Shown here: positions 62,764-64,000 of the stretch, piece after piece
How the letters are laid out: every line of letters begins with the position of its first letter
How positions within the stretch are numbered: the first letter of the stretch is position 1
From: Botryllus schlosseri
Taxonomy: Eukaryota
Direction of reading: 5' to 3'
Length of the DNA: 64,000 nt
NCBI GenBank assembly: GCA_051294905.1
Contig: CM119374.1
Coordinates: 23,746,001-23,810,000, forward strand
Notes under the pieces: model-generated
Databases searched by the model: none
What the model saw: only the letters and a program-made list of their open reading frames with translations
What the model was told of the DNA's origin: nothing
Made by a program: the position numbers and the translations under genes

Positions 62764-63388
62764 ATGAAAAGCATTGGGTATATTCTGTTGGCGGTATCTG
62801 TTGCCTTACCGTACGCCTTGACCGACGACAATGATGATATCTACACAATATACGGTAGGACTCATCACATCAGACACAGGGGCTGTACAGTGTACACTGT
62901 GCATAAATGGATGTTGTATTTATTTCAGATCTTCAAGACAGACGACCAAGGAGAGATTGTTCATACCGCGCCATTCCACACGGCATTATGGAACCCGATT
63001 CCGCAACCTACACATCTGGAACTACCGTGAGGTATTCATGCACAGTAGGGTACGCGTTGGTGGGTGCCGGAGCATCCACTTGCGAAGATGGTCGATGGAA
63101 CAGACCAGTTCCGAATTGCGATGGTATGTAAAAAGTAGCAATGACAGTTTACTAAACGACTAACCGGTTTGATTTTTGCAGTCCAATTTACTCCAACAAC
63201 CACACCCAGTACAATAGTATGCTCGTATTACGCCCCGGATGATGGTAAAGCGATACCGCAACAAAGATCATACGAGCCCGGAGTATCTGTGGCGTACGTG
63301 TGCAACACTGGATATAAGCTGGTCGGGACTTCGATCAACATTTGCCTGAAGGACGGGACATGGGTGTTGAAAGCACCGCAGTGCAATC
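62764..63388 (+). CDS. Gene D: signal peptide and at least 2 Sushi/CCP domains, 3'-incomplete
   Basis: Signal exon 62764-62854 (MKSIGYILLAVSVALPYALTDDNDDIYTIY). CCP exons 62929-63123 and 63182-63388, phase 1-1, canonical Trp retained. The last donor C|GTAAG stays open. Confidence 0.85.
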
Positions 63389-64000
63389 GTAAGATCTGCT
63401 ACATTAATCTTTTGCGTGGTAGCTATTGTTGATTTGTATATGACATCAGCACGTAATTTGTAACTGAGCGCTTAGCGTTGGAATAGTGACTCAACTGGAG
63501 AACTCTGATTTACTTTATCTACGCGGGGAATCATCACAGTTATCCAACGCATCCCAATCAAGACTCCTGATCTTCTATTAGAACTACCGTTTGAGCTGGT
63601 AAAGGTCTAATTTACGTGTAGTTTCGTAACCAGCACCAAGTCTCCCACTATCAAAGCACCTACTATTATCAAGCATTGTAGATATATTACGAAGGAGTTC
63701 ACGTAATGTCACACTAAATATGATATCTCCAGTACAACTCTACTGTAAGCTATGACCACTGACCAGCAATTGACCATGCATAAGATCAACAAACTCCATT
63801 GCCAGCAATTCATTGACCTAATTAAAATTCGCTTGACTGATTTGAAAATAGTAATTGTCATCAAGCAATATAGTTGATTATTTATGATCGAATAGATATG
63901 TTCTGATTGGTATATTCTATCTTATTCCGTCTTAGTAAAGAGCCTATTTGGTGTTTGTGTCGAAGCTGTGAGGATGTCTTCCGAGAGGATTCGCTTTGAG

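Noticed and set aside
596-63388. Assigning gene symbols such as CFH, CR1, C4BPA, SVEP1, CSMD, selectin or Botryllus fester
   Set aside because: CCP-only arrays cannot be assigned orthology by eye, and the diagnostic partner domains (vWA, CUB, lectin, EGF, multi-pass TM) are not in the window.

Overview
This is eukaryotic (animal) genomic DNA with short introns (many 59-71 nt) and many transposons. Its small introns and element types suggest an invertebrate such as a tunicate, but the species cannot be read from the sequence. The window is a cluster of five spliced genes built almost entirely from Sushi/CCP/SCR domains, nearly all one domain per phase-1 exon. Gene A (minus strand) has a signal peptide at 19646 and at least 26 CCPs, and runs off the left edge. 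On the plus strand, gene B has 9 CCPs, gene C has a signal peptide and 4 CCPs, gene E has a signal peptide, 8 CCPs and a somatomedin-B domain, and gene D has a signal peptide and at least 2 CCPs before the right edge. The layout resembles a regulator-of-complement-activation (RCA) cluster, which is an inference. Most domains carry Phe at the canonical Trp position. Introns and spacers hold a young Penelope-like retroelement (partial RT plus GIY-YIG) and three other copies of its terminal repeat; all four carry a minimal hammerhead ribozyme with an apparent pseudoknot or decoy switch. Also present are two large foldback elements, many hAT-type MITEs with 8-bp TSDs, SINEs and LINE relics. Three different transposons have inserted on 5' splice sites and duplicated them. 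All gene models were read by hand from GT-AG sites, reading frames and Cys patterns, with no expression or database support.
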